Source of the DNA: Vicinamibacterales bacterium
GTDB taxonomy: Bacteria; Acidobacteriota; Vicinamibacteria; Vicinamibacterales; 2-12-FULL-66-21
Length of the DNA: 64,000 nucleotides
Direction: 5' to 3'
Assembly: GCA_035758845.1 (NCBI GenBank)
Contig: DASTVZ010000224.1
Span: forward strand, 151 to 64,150
Shown here: positions 37,147 to 47,619 of the stretch, one piece after another
Layout: each line of letters begins with the position of its first letter
Numbering within the stretch: the first letter of the stretch is position 1
Made by a program: the position numbers and the translations under genes
Notes under the pieces: model-generated
Told to the model about the DNA's origin: nothing
The model's database searches: none
The model's input: the letters and a program-made list of their open reading frames with translations, nothing else

Positions 37147-39974
37147 TCCCCGACCTTGGAGGTGAGCGCCGCCTGTGCCGCCGCGAGCCGGGCAACCGGC
37201 ACGCGGTACGGCGAACAGCTCACGTAATCGAGACCAACCTTCTCGAAGAACTGAATCGACGACGGGTCGCCGCCGTGCTCGCCGCAAATCCCGAGCTTCA
37301 GGTTTGCGCGCGCGCCACGCCCCTTCTTCACCGCGATGTCGACGAGCTGTCCGACCCCGGTCGCATCGATCGTCGCGAACGGGTTCTTCTTGACGATCTC
37401 GAGCTCCTGATACTGCGGCAGGAACGAGCCCGAGTCGTCGCGCGACATGCCGAGCCCAGTCTGCGTCAGGTCGTTGGTGCCGAAGCTGAAAAACTCGGCC
37501 GACTGCGCGATCTCGTCCGCGGTGAGCGCGCCACGCGGGATCTCAATCATCGTGCCCACCATGTAGGAGAGCTTCCTCTTCTGCTCCGCCTCGACCTCGC
37601 GTGCCGCCTGGTGGACGACTTCGATTTGGAGATCGAGTTCCTTCTTGAACCCGACGAGCGGGATCATGATCTCCGGGCGCGCTTTGATCCCTTTTTTCTC
37701 GACGATCGCCGCAGCCTCGAAGACGGCGCGCGCCTGCATCGCCGAAATCTCGGGGTAGCCGATACCAAGACGGCAGCCGCGGAATCCGAGCATCGGGTTG
37801 AACTCGTGCAACTGCTCGACGCGCTGGTGAATGCGCGCGGCCGGCACCCCGATTTTTCTGGCCAGCTCCTCCTGCTGTTCCTTCGTGTGCGGCAGGAACT
37901 CGTGGAGCGGTGGGTCGAGGAAACGAATGGTCGCCGGGTATCCGTTCAGCGCCTTGAAGATGCCGACGAAGTCCTCGCGCTGGTAGGGCAGAAGCTTGGC
38001 CAGCGCAGCCTTTCGCTCCTCGACCGTTTCCGCCAGGATCATCTCGCGCATCGCGTCGATGCGGTCCCCTTCGAAGAACATGTGCTCGGTGCGGGTCAGG
38101 CCGATACCAACCGCGCCGAACGCAACGGCGTTGGCCGTCTGTTCCGGCGTGTCGGCGTTGGTGCGGACGACCATGCGTGTCGCATCCGAGCACCACTTCA
38201 TCAGCTGCTGGAAGTTCTTGAACTTCTCCGTCTTCCTGGCCGCCTCGTCGCCGTCGATCAGCCCGGCGACGATTTCCGACGGCGCCGTTTTCACCTGGCC
38301 GGCGTAGACCTTGCCGACCGTACCGTCGATCGACATCCAGTCCCCTTCCTTGAACGTCTTCCTCTCGACTGTGACGGTGCGCGCCTGATAGTCGACCTCG
38401 AGCGCGGATGCGCCACACACACAAACCTTGCCCATCTGCCTCGCGACGAGCGCGGCGTGCGACGACACGCCGCCCCGCGCGGTGAGGATGCCTTCAGCCG
38501 CGATCATCCCGCGCAGATCTTCAGGGGACGTCTCAACCCGTACGAGCAGCACCTTTTCATTCTTGTCGGCGGCGGCAACGGCGCGCTCGGCGTTGAGATA
38601 GATCTTGCCGGATGCCGCGCCAGGCCCCGCGGGCAATCCCGTCGCGATCGCCTTGGCTTTCGCCACTTCGCCAACATCGAAGACTGGAGCGAGCAGTTGC
38701 TCGAGCTGGTCGGCCGGGTTGCGCAGGATCGCGGTCTTCCAGTCGATCAATTTTTCCTTATACATGTCGATCGAGAATTTCAGCGCCGCCATCGCGGTTC
38801 GTTTGCCGTTGCGCGTCTGCAGCATGTAGACGACGCCGTCCTCGATGGTGAATTCGAAGTCCTGCACGTCCTTGAAATGCTTCTCGAGCGTCTGACGAAT
38901 GCGCTCGAGCTCGGCATACGCCTTGGGCAGTTCCTTCTTCAGTTGCGCCACCGGCTCCGGTGTCCGCACGCCCGCGACGACATCCTCTCCCTGCGCGTTG
39001 ATGAGGAACTCGCCGTAGAACTCCTTCTCGCCGTTGGCCGGGTTGCGGGTGAACGCAACGCCCGATCCCGATTGATCGCCGGTGTTGCCGTAGACCATGG
39101 CCTGGACGTTGACGGCGGTGCCCCACTCAGTCGGGATGTTGTACTTGCGGCGATAGACGATCGCTCGATCGTTCATCCATGACCCGAATACCGCACCGAC
39201 CGCACCCATCAGTTGATCCCAGGGTGAATCGGGGAACTGTTTGCCGACGCGCTCCTTCACCAGCCCCTTGAAACGGACAACGAGCTCCTTCAGGTCGTCG
39301 ACCGTGAGCTTCGTGTCTTCGATGTGCTGGTGGTGACGCTCGCTCTTGAGCGCTTCGATCACCGTCTCGAACGGTTCGTGGTCCTCGTCGGCGCGCTTCT
39401 GCACGCCGAGGACGACGTCGCCGTACATCTGGACGAAGCGACGATAGCAGTCCCAGGCGAACCGCGGGTTGTTGGTCTTCCTCGATAGCGCCTCGACGGT
39501 CTGATCGTTGAGACCGAGATTGAGGATCGTGTCCATCATCCCAGGCATCGAGTCGCGCGCGCCCGAGCGCACCGACACGAGCAAAGGATTTTTCAAATCA
39601 CCGAACGTCTTGCCTGTCTGCTGCTCGATCGAGGCAATGCCCGTTTCCATTTGCTTGCGCAACGCCGGCGGGTAGCTTCGTTTGTTCGCGTAATAGTAGG
39701 TGCAGACTTCGGTAGTAATCGTGAACCCTGGCGGCACCGGTAGACCGATGCGGCACATCTCGGCCAGATTCGCCCCCTTGCCCCCGAGCAGCGGCTTCAT
39801 CGAGCCGTTTCCGTCGGTCTTGCGGCCGAACAAGTACACGTACTTCGCGCTCGTGGCACCCTTGGCACCCGTACCAGCCTTCGCCGTTCGTGACTTGGTC
39901 GCGGTGCGCAGTGCCACTGCGCTCTTCGCGCCCTTGGTGTTCGCCGTCTTCGTCCGTCCAAGCGTCTTCGCCAT
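37143..39974 (-). CDS. ppdK: pyruvate, phosphate dikinase
   Basis: KYVYLFG ... [10 protein letters not shown], catalytic-His region [15 protein letters not shown], and a C-terminal PEP-utilising domain. Confidence 0.95.
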   Translation of the reverse strand: MAKTLGRTKTANTKGAKSAVALRTATKSRTAKAGTGAKGATSAKYVYLFGRKTDGNGSMKPLLGGKGANLAEMCRIGLPVPPGFTITTEVCTYYYANKRSYPPALRKQMETGIASIEQQTGKTFGDLKNPLLVSVRSGARDSMPGMMDTILNLGLNDQTVEALSRKTNNPRFAWDCYRRFVQMYGDVVLGVQKRADEDHEPFETVIEALKSERHHQHIEDTKLTVDDLKELVVRFKGLVKERVGKQFPDSPWDQLMGAVGAVFGSWMNDRAIVYRRKYNIPTEWGTAVNVQAMVYGNTGDQSGSGVAFTRNPANGEKEFYGEFLINAQGEDVVAGVRTPEPVAQLKKELPKAYAELERIRQTLEKHFKDVQDFEFTIEDGVVYMLQTRNGKRTAMAALKFSIDMYKEKLIDWKTAILRNPADQLEQLLAPVFDVGEVAKAKAIATGLPAGPGAASGKIYLNAERAVAAADKNEKVLLVRVETSPEDLRGMIAAEGILTARGGVSSHAALVARQMGKVCVCGASALEVDYQARTVTVERKTFKEGDWMSIDGTVGKVYAGQVKTAPSEIVAGLIDGDEAARKTEKFKNFQQLMKWCSDATRMVVRTNADTPEQTANAVAFGAVGIGLTRTEHMFFEGDRIDAMREMILAETVEERKAALAKLLPYQREDFVGIFKALNGYPATIRFLDPPLHEFLPHTKEQQEELARKIGVPAARIHQRVEQLHEFNPMLGFRGCRLGIGYPEISAMQARAVFEAAAIVEKKGIKARPEIMIPLVGFKKELDLQIEVVHQAAREVEAEQKRKLSYMVGTMIEIPRGALTADEIAQSAEFFSFGTNDLTQTGLGMSRDDSGSFLPQYQELEIVKKNPFATIDATGVGQLVDIAVKKGRGARANLKLGICGEHGGDPSSIQFFEKVGLDYVSCSPYRVPVARLAAAQAALTSKVGD

Positions 39975-39982
39975 TCCAGTGC

Positions 39983-42184
39983 CTACTCCGTTTGCGGAAT
40001 GATTTCCGAGATGTCCGCGAGATCGAGAATGAGGTCGCGCAGATCCGCCATGAGCGTCAGGCGCGCGTCTCTCGTCCGCACGTCGTCTGCCATCACGAAC
40101 ACCTCGGTAAAGAACCTGTCGACGGCCGCGCGAAGGCCGGCGATTTCAATGAATGCGGCGCGATAGTCGCTGCGCGCGGCGGCAGTTTCGATTCGCGGGC
40201 GACGCGCGTCCAGCTCCTCGAGCAGGGCACGTTCTGCCGCCTCGGTAATGGCCCTGCGATCGAGCGCACCGGACGATCGACGTTCGCGAGCGATATTCTT
40301 GACCCGCTTGAACAACACGGCCAGCGCCTGAAAATCCTCCGAGCCGCGCATGCCCTGGATCGCTTCGGCGATCCGCCTGGCGCGGAGCGGACTGACATCT
40401 CCAGCCGATGTTGCGGCACGCACGACCTCAATCCCGAACCCACGTTGTTCCAACGCAAACCGTACTCGCTCGGCCGCGAACGCGAGGGCGGCCTCGGACA
40501 GTTCCGGCGTCCATGGACCGGTCGTGCCGATCGTTCCTTCCGCGGCGCGCGCGAGAATCGGTCCAAGCCAGACTTCCCTGTCGATCCCGGTTAGCTGCGG
40601 AAGATCCATCAGGATCCTGACGGCCCCCTGCATCTGCCGCCGCAAGCCAAATGGATCGCGAGACCCGGTGGCACGTTCGCCCGCCTTCGCCAGCGAGACG
40701 AACGTGTCGATCTTGTCGGCAAGCGAAACAGCCGCCCACGTCGTCGCGGCCGACCCCAACTGCTCGCGTGACGGCGGCGCATCCGCTTCGACTCCCACGG
40801 GAAGGTACTGGTAATAGATAGCCTTCCACACCTGCTCGGGCTGCCCCTGCTGGCGCGCGTAGATCCCACCGATCGTACCCTGAAGTTCGGTGAACTCGAA
40901 AACCAACTCCGTCGTGAGGTCGGTTTTGGCGAGCCTCGCCGCCTCGGCGGCATGCTGGGCGTCTTGCGGGTTGCCCAGGACATCACGCGCGATCCATTGC
41001 GCAAGCGACGAAATTCGCTCGGCCTTGTCTCGATAGCTGCCGAGCTTCTTGTGAAACAGCAGCGTGTGCAGGCGATCCAGTCGCGACGCGAGCGGCGTCT
41101 TTTGATCGGATTCCCAGAAGAATTTCGCGTCCCTGAGCCGCCCGGTGACGACGCGCTCGGCATTTTTGGCGATCAGACGCTCATCAGATGGCTGCGTATT
41201 GACGACTGCAAGGAACGCTTCCTTCAACTCTCCAGTCGCCGTGACGACCGGGAAGAAGTGCTGATGGTGCACGAGCGTCGTCGTCAATACCTCGTGCGGA
41301 AGGGAAAGAAAGCCGCGGTCGTAAAAGCCGGCAACGACGCCCGGATATTCGACCAGGTCTGCCACCTCGTCGATGAGCGTGCTGTGCTCCTTCAGATGGA
41401 CCCGTCCACTCAGCCGCCGCGCGTGTGATTCGAGTTCGCGCGCAATGCGATCGCGGCGATCCTCATGCCTGAGCACGACGAAATGCTCGGACAGCCGCGC
41501 CTGGTACTCCTCGAAGCTTCGAACCTTGATCGATCGGCCGGCGCGGCCACTCGTGGCAAGAAACCTGTGGCCGTAGGTGAGCGCACCCGATTCAATGTCC
41601 AACACCTGCGGTCCGGCCGCATTCGCGGCACGGCTGATCGTGAAAGGGACCACGCGTCCGCCGTAAAGGAACAGCAGCCATCGAATCGGTCTTCCAAACA
41701 GCAGCTCACCGCGTCCATCGTCCAGCTTCGCGTCCCAGTGCATCTGCTTCGGGAACGCGAGATCGCGCAGCACCGCGCCGAAAATCTCCGGCAGCGCGTC
41801 GACGGCGCTCTTCCCGCGCTGACGCTTGTGATACGCGAGGTATTCGCCTTTCGGCGTCGACAGCCGCGAGAGTTCCTCGAACGCGACACCTTGTTTGCGG
41901 GCAAAGCCGAGCGCGGCGGGCGTGGGTTTGCCGTCGGCATCGACCGCGGCCGAGACCGGTGGGCCGCTCAATGTTTCTTCGAGATCCTCCTGGCGCTCCG
42001 CGATCTTCGCGATGCGTGCCGTCAGCCGTCGAGGCGTGCAATAGCTTTCGACCGCTGCCATCGGAGCAATACGGAATTCGGTGAGCCGATCCTTCAACCG
42101 ATCCGCGAGCTGCCGCGTCAACCCGGGCATCCACGCTGCCGGCAGTTCCTCGACGCCAATTTCGATCAGCAGTTCTCGATCCAT
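39983..42184 (-). CDS. glyS: glycine--tRNA ligase beta subunit
   Basis: [17 protein letters not shown]-terminus and overall GlyS pattern. Confidence 0.95.
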   Translation of the reverse strand: MDRELLIEIGVEELPAAWMPGLTRQLADRLKDRLTEFRIAPMAAVESYCTPRRLTARIAKIAERQEDLEETLSGPPVSAAVDADGKPTPAALGFARKQGVAFEELSRLSTPKGEYLAYHKRQRGKSAVDALPEIFGAVLRDLAFPKQMHWDAKLDDGRGELLFGRPIRWLLFLYGGRVVPFTISRAANAAGPQVLDIESGALTYGHRFLATSGRAGRSIKVRSFEEYQARLSEHFVVLRHEDRRDRIARELESHARRLSGRVHLKEHSTLIDEVADLVEYPGVVAGFYDRGFLSLPHEVLTTTLVHHQHFFPVVTATGELKEAFLAVVNTQPSDERLIAKNAERVVTGRLRDAKFFWESDQKTPLASRLDRLHTLLFHKKLGSYRDKAERISSLAQWIARDVLGNPQDAQHAAEAARLAKTDLTTELVFEFTELQGTIGGIYARQQGQPEQVWKAIYYQYLPVGVEADAPPSREQLGSAATTWAAVSLADKIDTFVSLAKAGERATGSRDPFGLRRQMQGAVRILMDLPQLTGIDREVWLGPILARAAEGTIGTTGPWTPELSEAALAFAAERVRFALEQRGFGIEVVRAATSAGDVSPLRARRIAEAIQGMRGSEDFQALAVLFKRVKNIARERRSSGALDRRAITEAAERALLEELDARRPRIETAAARSDYRAAFIEIAGLRAAVDRFFTEVFVMADDVRTRDARLTLMADLRDLILDLADISEIIPQTE

Positions 42185-42264
42185 TCCAAATCAACAATCC
42201 ACAATCACAATCGCCCAATCGACATTCAAAAAAATCAGCAATCAGCAATCCGCAATCAACAATT

Positions 42265-42267
<3 letters not shown>
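42185..42267. repeat. single-orientation heptad array, AATCNNC units (about 11 copies) with a central A7 run
   Basis: tccaaatcaacaatccacaatcacaatcgcccaatcgacattcaaaaaaatcagcaatcagcaatccgcaatcaacaatttca fills the glyQ-glyS spacer. Confidence 0.85.
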
Positions 42268-43139
<872 letters not shown>

Positions 43140-43143
<4 letters not shown>

Positions 43144-43886
43144 CGGGTGTGGCGCAGTTCGCGCAACACTCGGGCTGATTTCAATTCCTTCTCGAGGTGA
43201 AGGTGTAGAAGGCGCCGATGGACCGTCTCCAGCTCACGGGACGCGCGCGGCTCGAGCGGCAGCGTCTCGAGGCGATCTGGAGACGTGGCTCCAGCGGCCT
43301 TGAGGAACTTCAGCGCCTCGACGCTCACACGAGTGCCGCTCGTCGGGGCGCACGTGGGACAGACGAACACATCCTCTCTTGGCGGCATCACCGCCCCACC
43401 CACCAGCGGCGCTGCACATCCTGCGCACGAGACCAGGGACGGATAGACACCCTGGAGTCGCAGCAGCCAGTACTCGAAATATCGCGCCAGCGGATCGGCC
43501 ATCGCTCCTGTTGCGATGGCTTCGGTGATCGATGCGCCAAGGCGGAACAGCCGTTCATCGGCATGGGCTTCCGGGGCCCATTCATCGATCAATTCCGCAA
43601 AGTAGCCGACATATCCCAGCGCGTCAGTGCCAGGTCCCGATAACGGCGATCGTGTGGGTTCCACGTAGTTGATCCGGACGAGATCCCGCTGTTCGCGTTC
43701 GTAATAGGCCACGCCGGCCCGCGTCATCGGCTCGAGCGCGCCCATGAAGCGCGAGCGCACCCGCCGCGCTCCCTTTGCCACGCCCCGCTTCTTGCCACGG
43801 TCGCGTGTCAGGAACACGACAATCCGATCGACTTCACCCAGCTTGTAAGTGCGCAGGATTAGCGCTTCGGACGTGTAGACGGGCAT
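43140..43886 (-). CDS. recO: DNA repair protein RecO
   Basis: [23 protein letters not shown]-fold N-terminus and a Cys4 zinc motif. Confidence 0.9.
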
Positions 43887-43900
43887 GCAAAATCAGTATT

Positions 43901-45274
43901 CTACCCCGACTGATGCAGATACCTGAGGAACACCTTTGCAAGCCCGAGGAATGAAAAAAAGCCAAAAACGTCGGTCAAGGTCGTAATGAATACGGAAGAT
44001 GCGAGGGCGGGATCCACCTTGAGCGCGCGCAGCATCAGCGGAATGAGCGTGCCCGCCGTCGCCGCGACGAACATGTTGATGATCATCGCCATGGCGAGGA
44101 TCCCGCCCAGCCACGGATCGCTGCTGAAGAGCCATGCCACCACCGCGCCGATTGTGCCGCACGCGACTCCGTTCCCGATCCCGACCGCCGCTTCCTTGAA
44201 CAGCGCCTTTCGTGTGTTGCTCCACGTCAATTCGCCGAGCGCGATGCCCCGAACGATCACCGTCAACGTCTGCGTCGCGGCATTACCTCCCATTCCTGCG
44301 ACCACCGGCATATAGATCGCCAGCGCCACGACCTTGTCGATTGTGCTCTTGAAGAGGCCGACGACTGAGGCCGCCAGAAACGCCGTTGCGAGATTGATCA
44401 GCAGCCACGGGAGACGCTTGCGAAGCGATTCCGACGCGGGTGTGAACACCCGGTCGTCGCCGGCCACGCCGGCGAGACGATAGACGTCCTCCGTTGCCTC
44501 ATCCTTGATAACGTCGATGACGTCATCGACGGTAATCACCCCAACGAGCTTGTTCTCTTCGTCGACAACGGGGATGGCGAGGAGGTTGTACGACGCGACC
44601 AGCCGCGCGACTTCTTCCTGATCCATGTCGGCGCGGACGCTGATCAGGTCGGTGGTCATGATCCGCTTCAGCGGCGTATCGGGCGCGACGAGCAGCAACC
44701 GACGAAGCGAGACGACACCGACCAGATGTCTTCGGACGTCGATCACATACAGATAAAACACGACTTCCACATCGCGCGAACCCTGCAGCGCGGTGATCGC
44801 CTCGCCCGCGGTGATGTCCTCCGCCAGCGCGAAGACCTTCGGGTTCATGATGCGCCCGGCGGTCTTCTCCGCGTATTCGAGCAAGTCCCCGACGTCGCCG
44901 CCGGCAGGACGCTTCTGCAGAAGTTCCAGGACCGCCGACGAGAGTTCTTCCGGCAGGTAATCGATCAGCGCCGCCGCGTCGTCGGACGGCAGCTCCTGGG
45001 TCAATTTGACGATTTCCTCGGCGGTGCGATCGCGCAGCAGCGCGGCGGCCGCTTCGGGCCCTAACTCGCTCAACGCCTCCATCGCGAGCTTGCTGTTACG
45101 CTCGGCGAGCAACGTAAACGCCGTCTGGCGTTCCTTGTCTGGAAGCTCTGAAAACAGCTGCGCGAGGTCGGCGGGGTATTGCTTCTGCAGCAGATTGACC
45201 AGATTGGCCGTCGCCCCCATGCGCATGAGTCGCTTCACGGAGTCGAGCACGACATCAAGTTTTCGCTGGGGCAT
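43901..45274 (-). CDS. mgtE: magnesium transporter MgtE
   Basis: Start ATG 45274 (MPQRKLDVVL). MgtE N domain, a CBS pair and a C-terminal TM domain. Confidence 0.9.
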   Translation of the reverse strand: MPQRKLDVVLDSVKRLMRMGATANLVNLLQKQYPADLAQLFSELPDKERQTAFTLLAERNSKLAMEALSELGPEAAAALLRDRTAEEIVKLTQELPSDDAAALIDYLPEELSSAVLELLQKRPAGGDVGDLLEYAEKTAGRIMNPKVFALAEDITAGEAITALQGSRDVEVVFYLYVIDVRRHLVGVVSLRRLLLVAPDTPLKRIMTTDLISVRADMDQEEVARLVASYNLLAIPVVDEENKLVGVITVDDVIDVIKDEATEDVYRLAGVAGDDRVFTPASESLRKRLPWLLINLATAFLAASVVGLFKSTIDKVVALAIYMPVVAGMGGNAATQTLTVIVRGIALGELTWSNTRKALFKEAAVGIGNGVACGTIGAVVAWLFSSDPWLGGILAMAMIINMFVAATAGTLIPLMLRALKVDPALASSVFITTLTDVFGFFSFLGLAKVFLRYLHQSG

Positions 45275-45338
45275 AGGCAACGTCCAGATCGACGAGACAG
45301 AACCACTCAATCTATCAGTTTCTCGGCTGCCGCCGTAC

Positions 45339-45376
45339 AAAAAAACAGCCACGATGATGCACGCACCATCGTGGCT
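45339..45376 (-). terminator. canonical rho-independent terminator
   Basis: The minus strand reads agccacgatg-gtgcgtgcat-catcgtggct followed by GTTTTTTTG. That is a 10-bp perfect stem and a T7 tract, downstream of the 45404..46312 gene. Confidence 0.8.
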
Positions 45377-45400
45377 ACTGGCTGCCAGCTTCTGGCTGCT
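45377..45400. repeat. short CTGGCTG heptad run (about 3-4 units)
   Basis: actggctgccagcttctggctgctgg lies between the stop at 45404 and the canonical terminator. Confidence 0.5.
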
Positions 45401-45403
45401 GGT

Positions 45404-46312
45404 TTATTTCAATGGTTCTCGAATGCCGGACTCCTTCAGCGTGTAGTCGGACGGAAGGGTAAAGAGTGATCGGTCGGGTTCAGCGCGCACGATTGACTGC
45501 AGCCGATAGATCGTCTCGCCGCTGCGTGGGTCGCTGTGCTTCGTCATCACCAGCACCTGCAGATCGGGCGAGAGCCACTGTTCGGAGACAATCTTGATCG
45601 GTTGCAGATTGCCAATGGCGCCAGCTGGAATCGTTGTCGTCGCCCGCGAGCCAGTCGCGGAGACTCCTTCGATCGTTTGACGGCCGAGGTCCTCGCGCGC
45701 GGTCGCACTGGCGGCGGTGCGCTCGATAGCCATCTTGTCTTCCGGGAGCGGAGCCGGCGGCGGGGGCGGTGGGATGGGTGACACCGCTTTCGTTCGCACG
45801 AATTCTTCAGCCGTGGCTTTCACGCGTCCTTCCACTTCGGCTGGCGGTGCATCGGCAGAGCGTCGCATCGCGCCGCCTCGTCCACGCGCGCCCTCTTCCG
45901 GCATCGCGAGCCGTACGTCATTGCGAAATGCCGTCCGCGAGGCCGGCTGCAACACATAACTCACGTGCGCCACGGGGTCGACGATCGAGACGCTGACGAC
46001 CGTGCCCGTATCGTCGACTTCTTCGCGCCTGGTCCGCCCTTCACCGTCTCGATAGACGCGTGTGACCGACTTGCGGTTGATGCGGTTTCCATCGGCAAGG
46101 ACCTGCGTCGATTCGGTGATTGCTTCAGCCGAGTACGGCGCACCGGTTGTGATCTTCGCTTCGACGGCCATTCGCGCGCGTAGCTCGCCCGCGAGTTTCT
46201 GGAGAAGGATCTCTTTGCCCGCCGGATCCTGGGCAGATCCGACCGTACTACGCTGGGCCGCCAGCGGGGCGGACAAGCCCAAAACAACAAACGCCAACCA
46301 TACCTTCTTCAT
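45404..46312 (-). CDS. secreted hypothetical protein (two LolA-like half-repeats and a poly-Pro linker)
   Basis: MKKVWLAFVVLGLSAPLAA signal peptide. 4-nt overlap with the upstream anti-sigma gene. Confidence 0.6.
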   Translation of the reverse strand: MKKVWLAFVVLGLSAPLAAQRSTVGSAQDPAGKEILLQKLAGELRARMAVEAKITTGAPYSAEAITESTQVLADGNRINRKSVTRVYRDGEGRTRREEVDDTGTVVSVSIVDPVAHVSYVLQPASRTAFRNDVRLAMPEEGARGRGGAMRRSADAPPAEVEGRVKATAEEFVRTKAVSPIPPPPPPAPLPEDKMAIERTAASATAREDLGRQTIEGVSATGSRATTTIPAGAIGNLQPIKIVSEQWLSPDLQVLVMTKHSDPRSGETIYRLQSIVRAEPDRSLFTLPSDYTLKESGIREPLK

Positions 46313-46926
46313 TGCGTGCTCCTTATAGTGCTCGTCACGAGCCGGATCGCGCGCGCAAGCCCGTCCTGACCAATGAGAACGTCCGCTGCCACCGGTCCAT
46401 TTCCCGCACCCGACGAAATGTCGATTCCGTAGGTCGGCAGCGAAGCGACCGGCACTTCCACTCGCACGATCTCGCCGCTCTCAAACGCCGGCAGACCCGC
46501 GGTTCCCGGCAATTCGACAAAGCCGCTCGGATTGACGACGCGTGCCGTGTGAGCTCGCTGGACCGGGCGAGTCGCGCGTGGTGACAGTGGAGCCTTCGCC
46601 GTCGTGACCACTGCTGGGGTCGGGAGTCCGTGCGGAGTACTCTCGCTCGCAACTGACGGCGCCCCTGCCGCTACCTGATTCGTTACCGCCGCCGGGTTTA
46701 CCGGCGTGCGGGTCACCATCCAGAGCGAGAGGGTCCCGGCGATCAGCACGAGCGCCGCAGCGGCGGCCAGCCAAGGCGGAAGCCACGGCGATCGCTGTGA
46801 CGCTGCGCCATCGCGCCGATCGATCGCGCTCAGGATCGCTTCTTCGATTCGCGCGGCGCTGCCATCAGGCATCCTGGTCTCGCGAGCCAGCGCTGTCGCC
46901 GTTCGCCGATATTCCTCGCCGGTCAT
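46309..46926 (-). CDS. putative membrane-anchored anti-sigma factor
   Basis: Start ATG 46926 overlaps the sigma-factor stop (ATGA). Single TM helix WLAAAAALVLIAGTLSLWMV. The call rests on genomic context. Confidence 0.55.
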   Translation of the reverse strand: MTGEEYRRTATALARETRMPDGSAARIEEAILSAIDRRDGAASQRSPWLPPWLAAAAALVLIAGTLSLWMVTRTPVNPAAVTNQVAAGAPSVASESTPHGLPTPAVVTTAKAPLSPRATRPVQRAHTARVVNPSGFVELPGTAGLPAFESGEIVRVEVPVASLPTYGIDISSGAGNGPVAADVLIGQDGLARAIRLVTSTIRSTQ

Positions 46927-47543
46927 GCGAGACACCTCGAAATCCTTTTTGCTGCGGTAACTGCCTGCGCCTCGTCGTGCGCGTGCATTTTCGCCGTCAA
47001 CAACTGTCGGCCGCGATGCAGACGAGACCGCACGGTCCCGATTGAACACTCGAGCGCCGTCGCCGCGTCCGCGTAGCTCAGTTCCTGAAGATCACAGAGC
47101 ACCACCGCCTCGCGATAGCGCACCGGAAGCGTGAGAACCGCACGGCGCAGCCTTTCGATCTGCTCTGCATTCGACATCTCGCGCAGTGGATCGGCCTCTA
47201 TCGCTGCCTCGCCAGGGAGCGGCTCCGACTGATCGGGCAACGGCCGCATCCTCCGATCGCAATCCAGCCGTCGCCGCGCATGATTGCGCGCGATTCCGCA
47301 CAGCCACGCGGTCACCGATGCACGCCCCGACTCGAACCGCGACGCATCGTGCATCACCGCGAGAAAGACATCCTGTGTCACGTCCTCGGCTGCCGCTGCT
47401 GAACCGGTCATGAGCATCGCGACGCGATAGACGTCAGGCTGACGGCGACGAAACAGCACGCTCAATGCCGTCGCGTCGCGCGCTGCTATCCGAGCGAGCA
47501 ATTGCTCGTCGGTTGCGCCGTCCGCTAAAAGTTCGTCGCTCAT
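46923..47543 (-). CDS. ECF-type RNA polymerase sigma factor
   Basis: Start ATG 47543 (MSDELLADG). Region 2 DVTQDVFLAV ... WLCGIARNHARRRL. Region 4 LSYADAATALECSIGTVRSRLHRGR. Confidence 0.85.
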   Translation of the reverse strand: MSDELLADGATDEQLLARIAARDATALSVLFRRRQPDVYRVAMLMTGSAAAAEDVTQDVFLAVMHDASRFESGRASVTAWLCGIARNHARRRLDCDRRMRPLPDQSEPLPGEAAIEADPLREMSNAEQIERLRRAVLTLPVRYREAVVLCDLQELSYADAATALECSIGTVRSRLHRGRQLLTAKMHAHDEAQAVTAAKRISRCLA

Positions 47544-47572
47544 GCGCTCATCGATTCGACGTGCACATGATC

Positions 47573-47600
47573 TATTCAGTTGGGAGGATGGGAAAGTTCC
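47573..47600 (-). promoter_or_regulatory. candidate ECF-type promoter (GGAAC -35, GAATA-like -10) upstream of the sigma gene
   Basis: The minus strand reads tGGAACtttcccatcctcccaactGAATA about 30 nt before ATG 47543. Motif match only. Confidence 0.3.
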
Positions 47601-47619
47601 AGAATCCCGCTGCTCGCTG

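Noticed and set aside
37275-39182. Very long antisense ORFs: 635 aa opposite ppdK, 527 aa opposite aspS (53985..55568), 413 aa opposite the tannase gene, 440 aa opposite the FG-GAP gene, 436 aa at 57059..58369 and 318 aa opposite rarA.
   Set aside because: Their Arg/Ala/Gly/Pro-rich, low-information composition is typical of stop-poor antisense frames in GC-rich DNA. In every case the opposite strand encodes a protein with clear family motifs.
45275-45403. An M-box (Mg) riboswitch upstream of mgtE. I also considered a Moco riboswitch upstream of moaA (59387..59450).
   Set aside because: The mgtE leader left after the upstream terminator is only about 60 nt, and the moaA spacer is 64 nt. Both are too short for these RNAs, which are roughly 130-170 nt. 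I saw none of their conserved motifs by eye, though I did not run a covariance-model scan.
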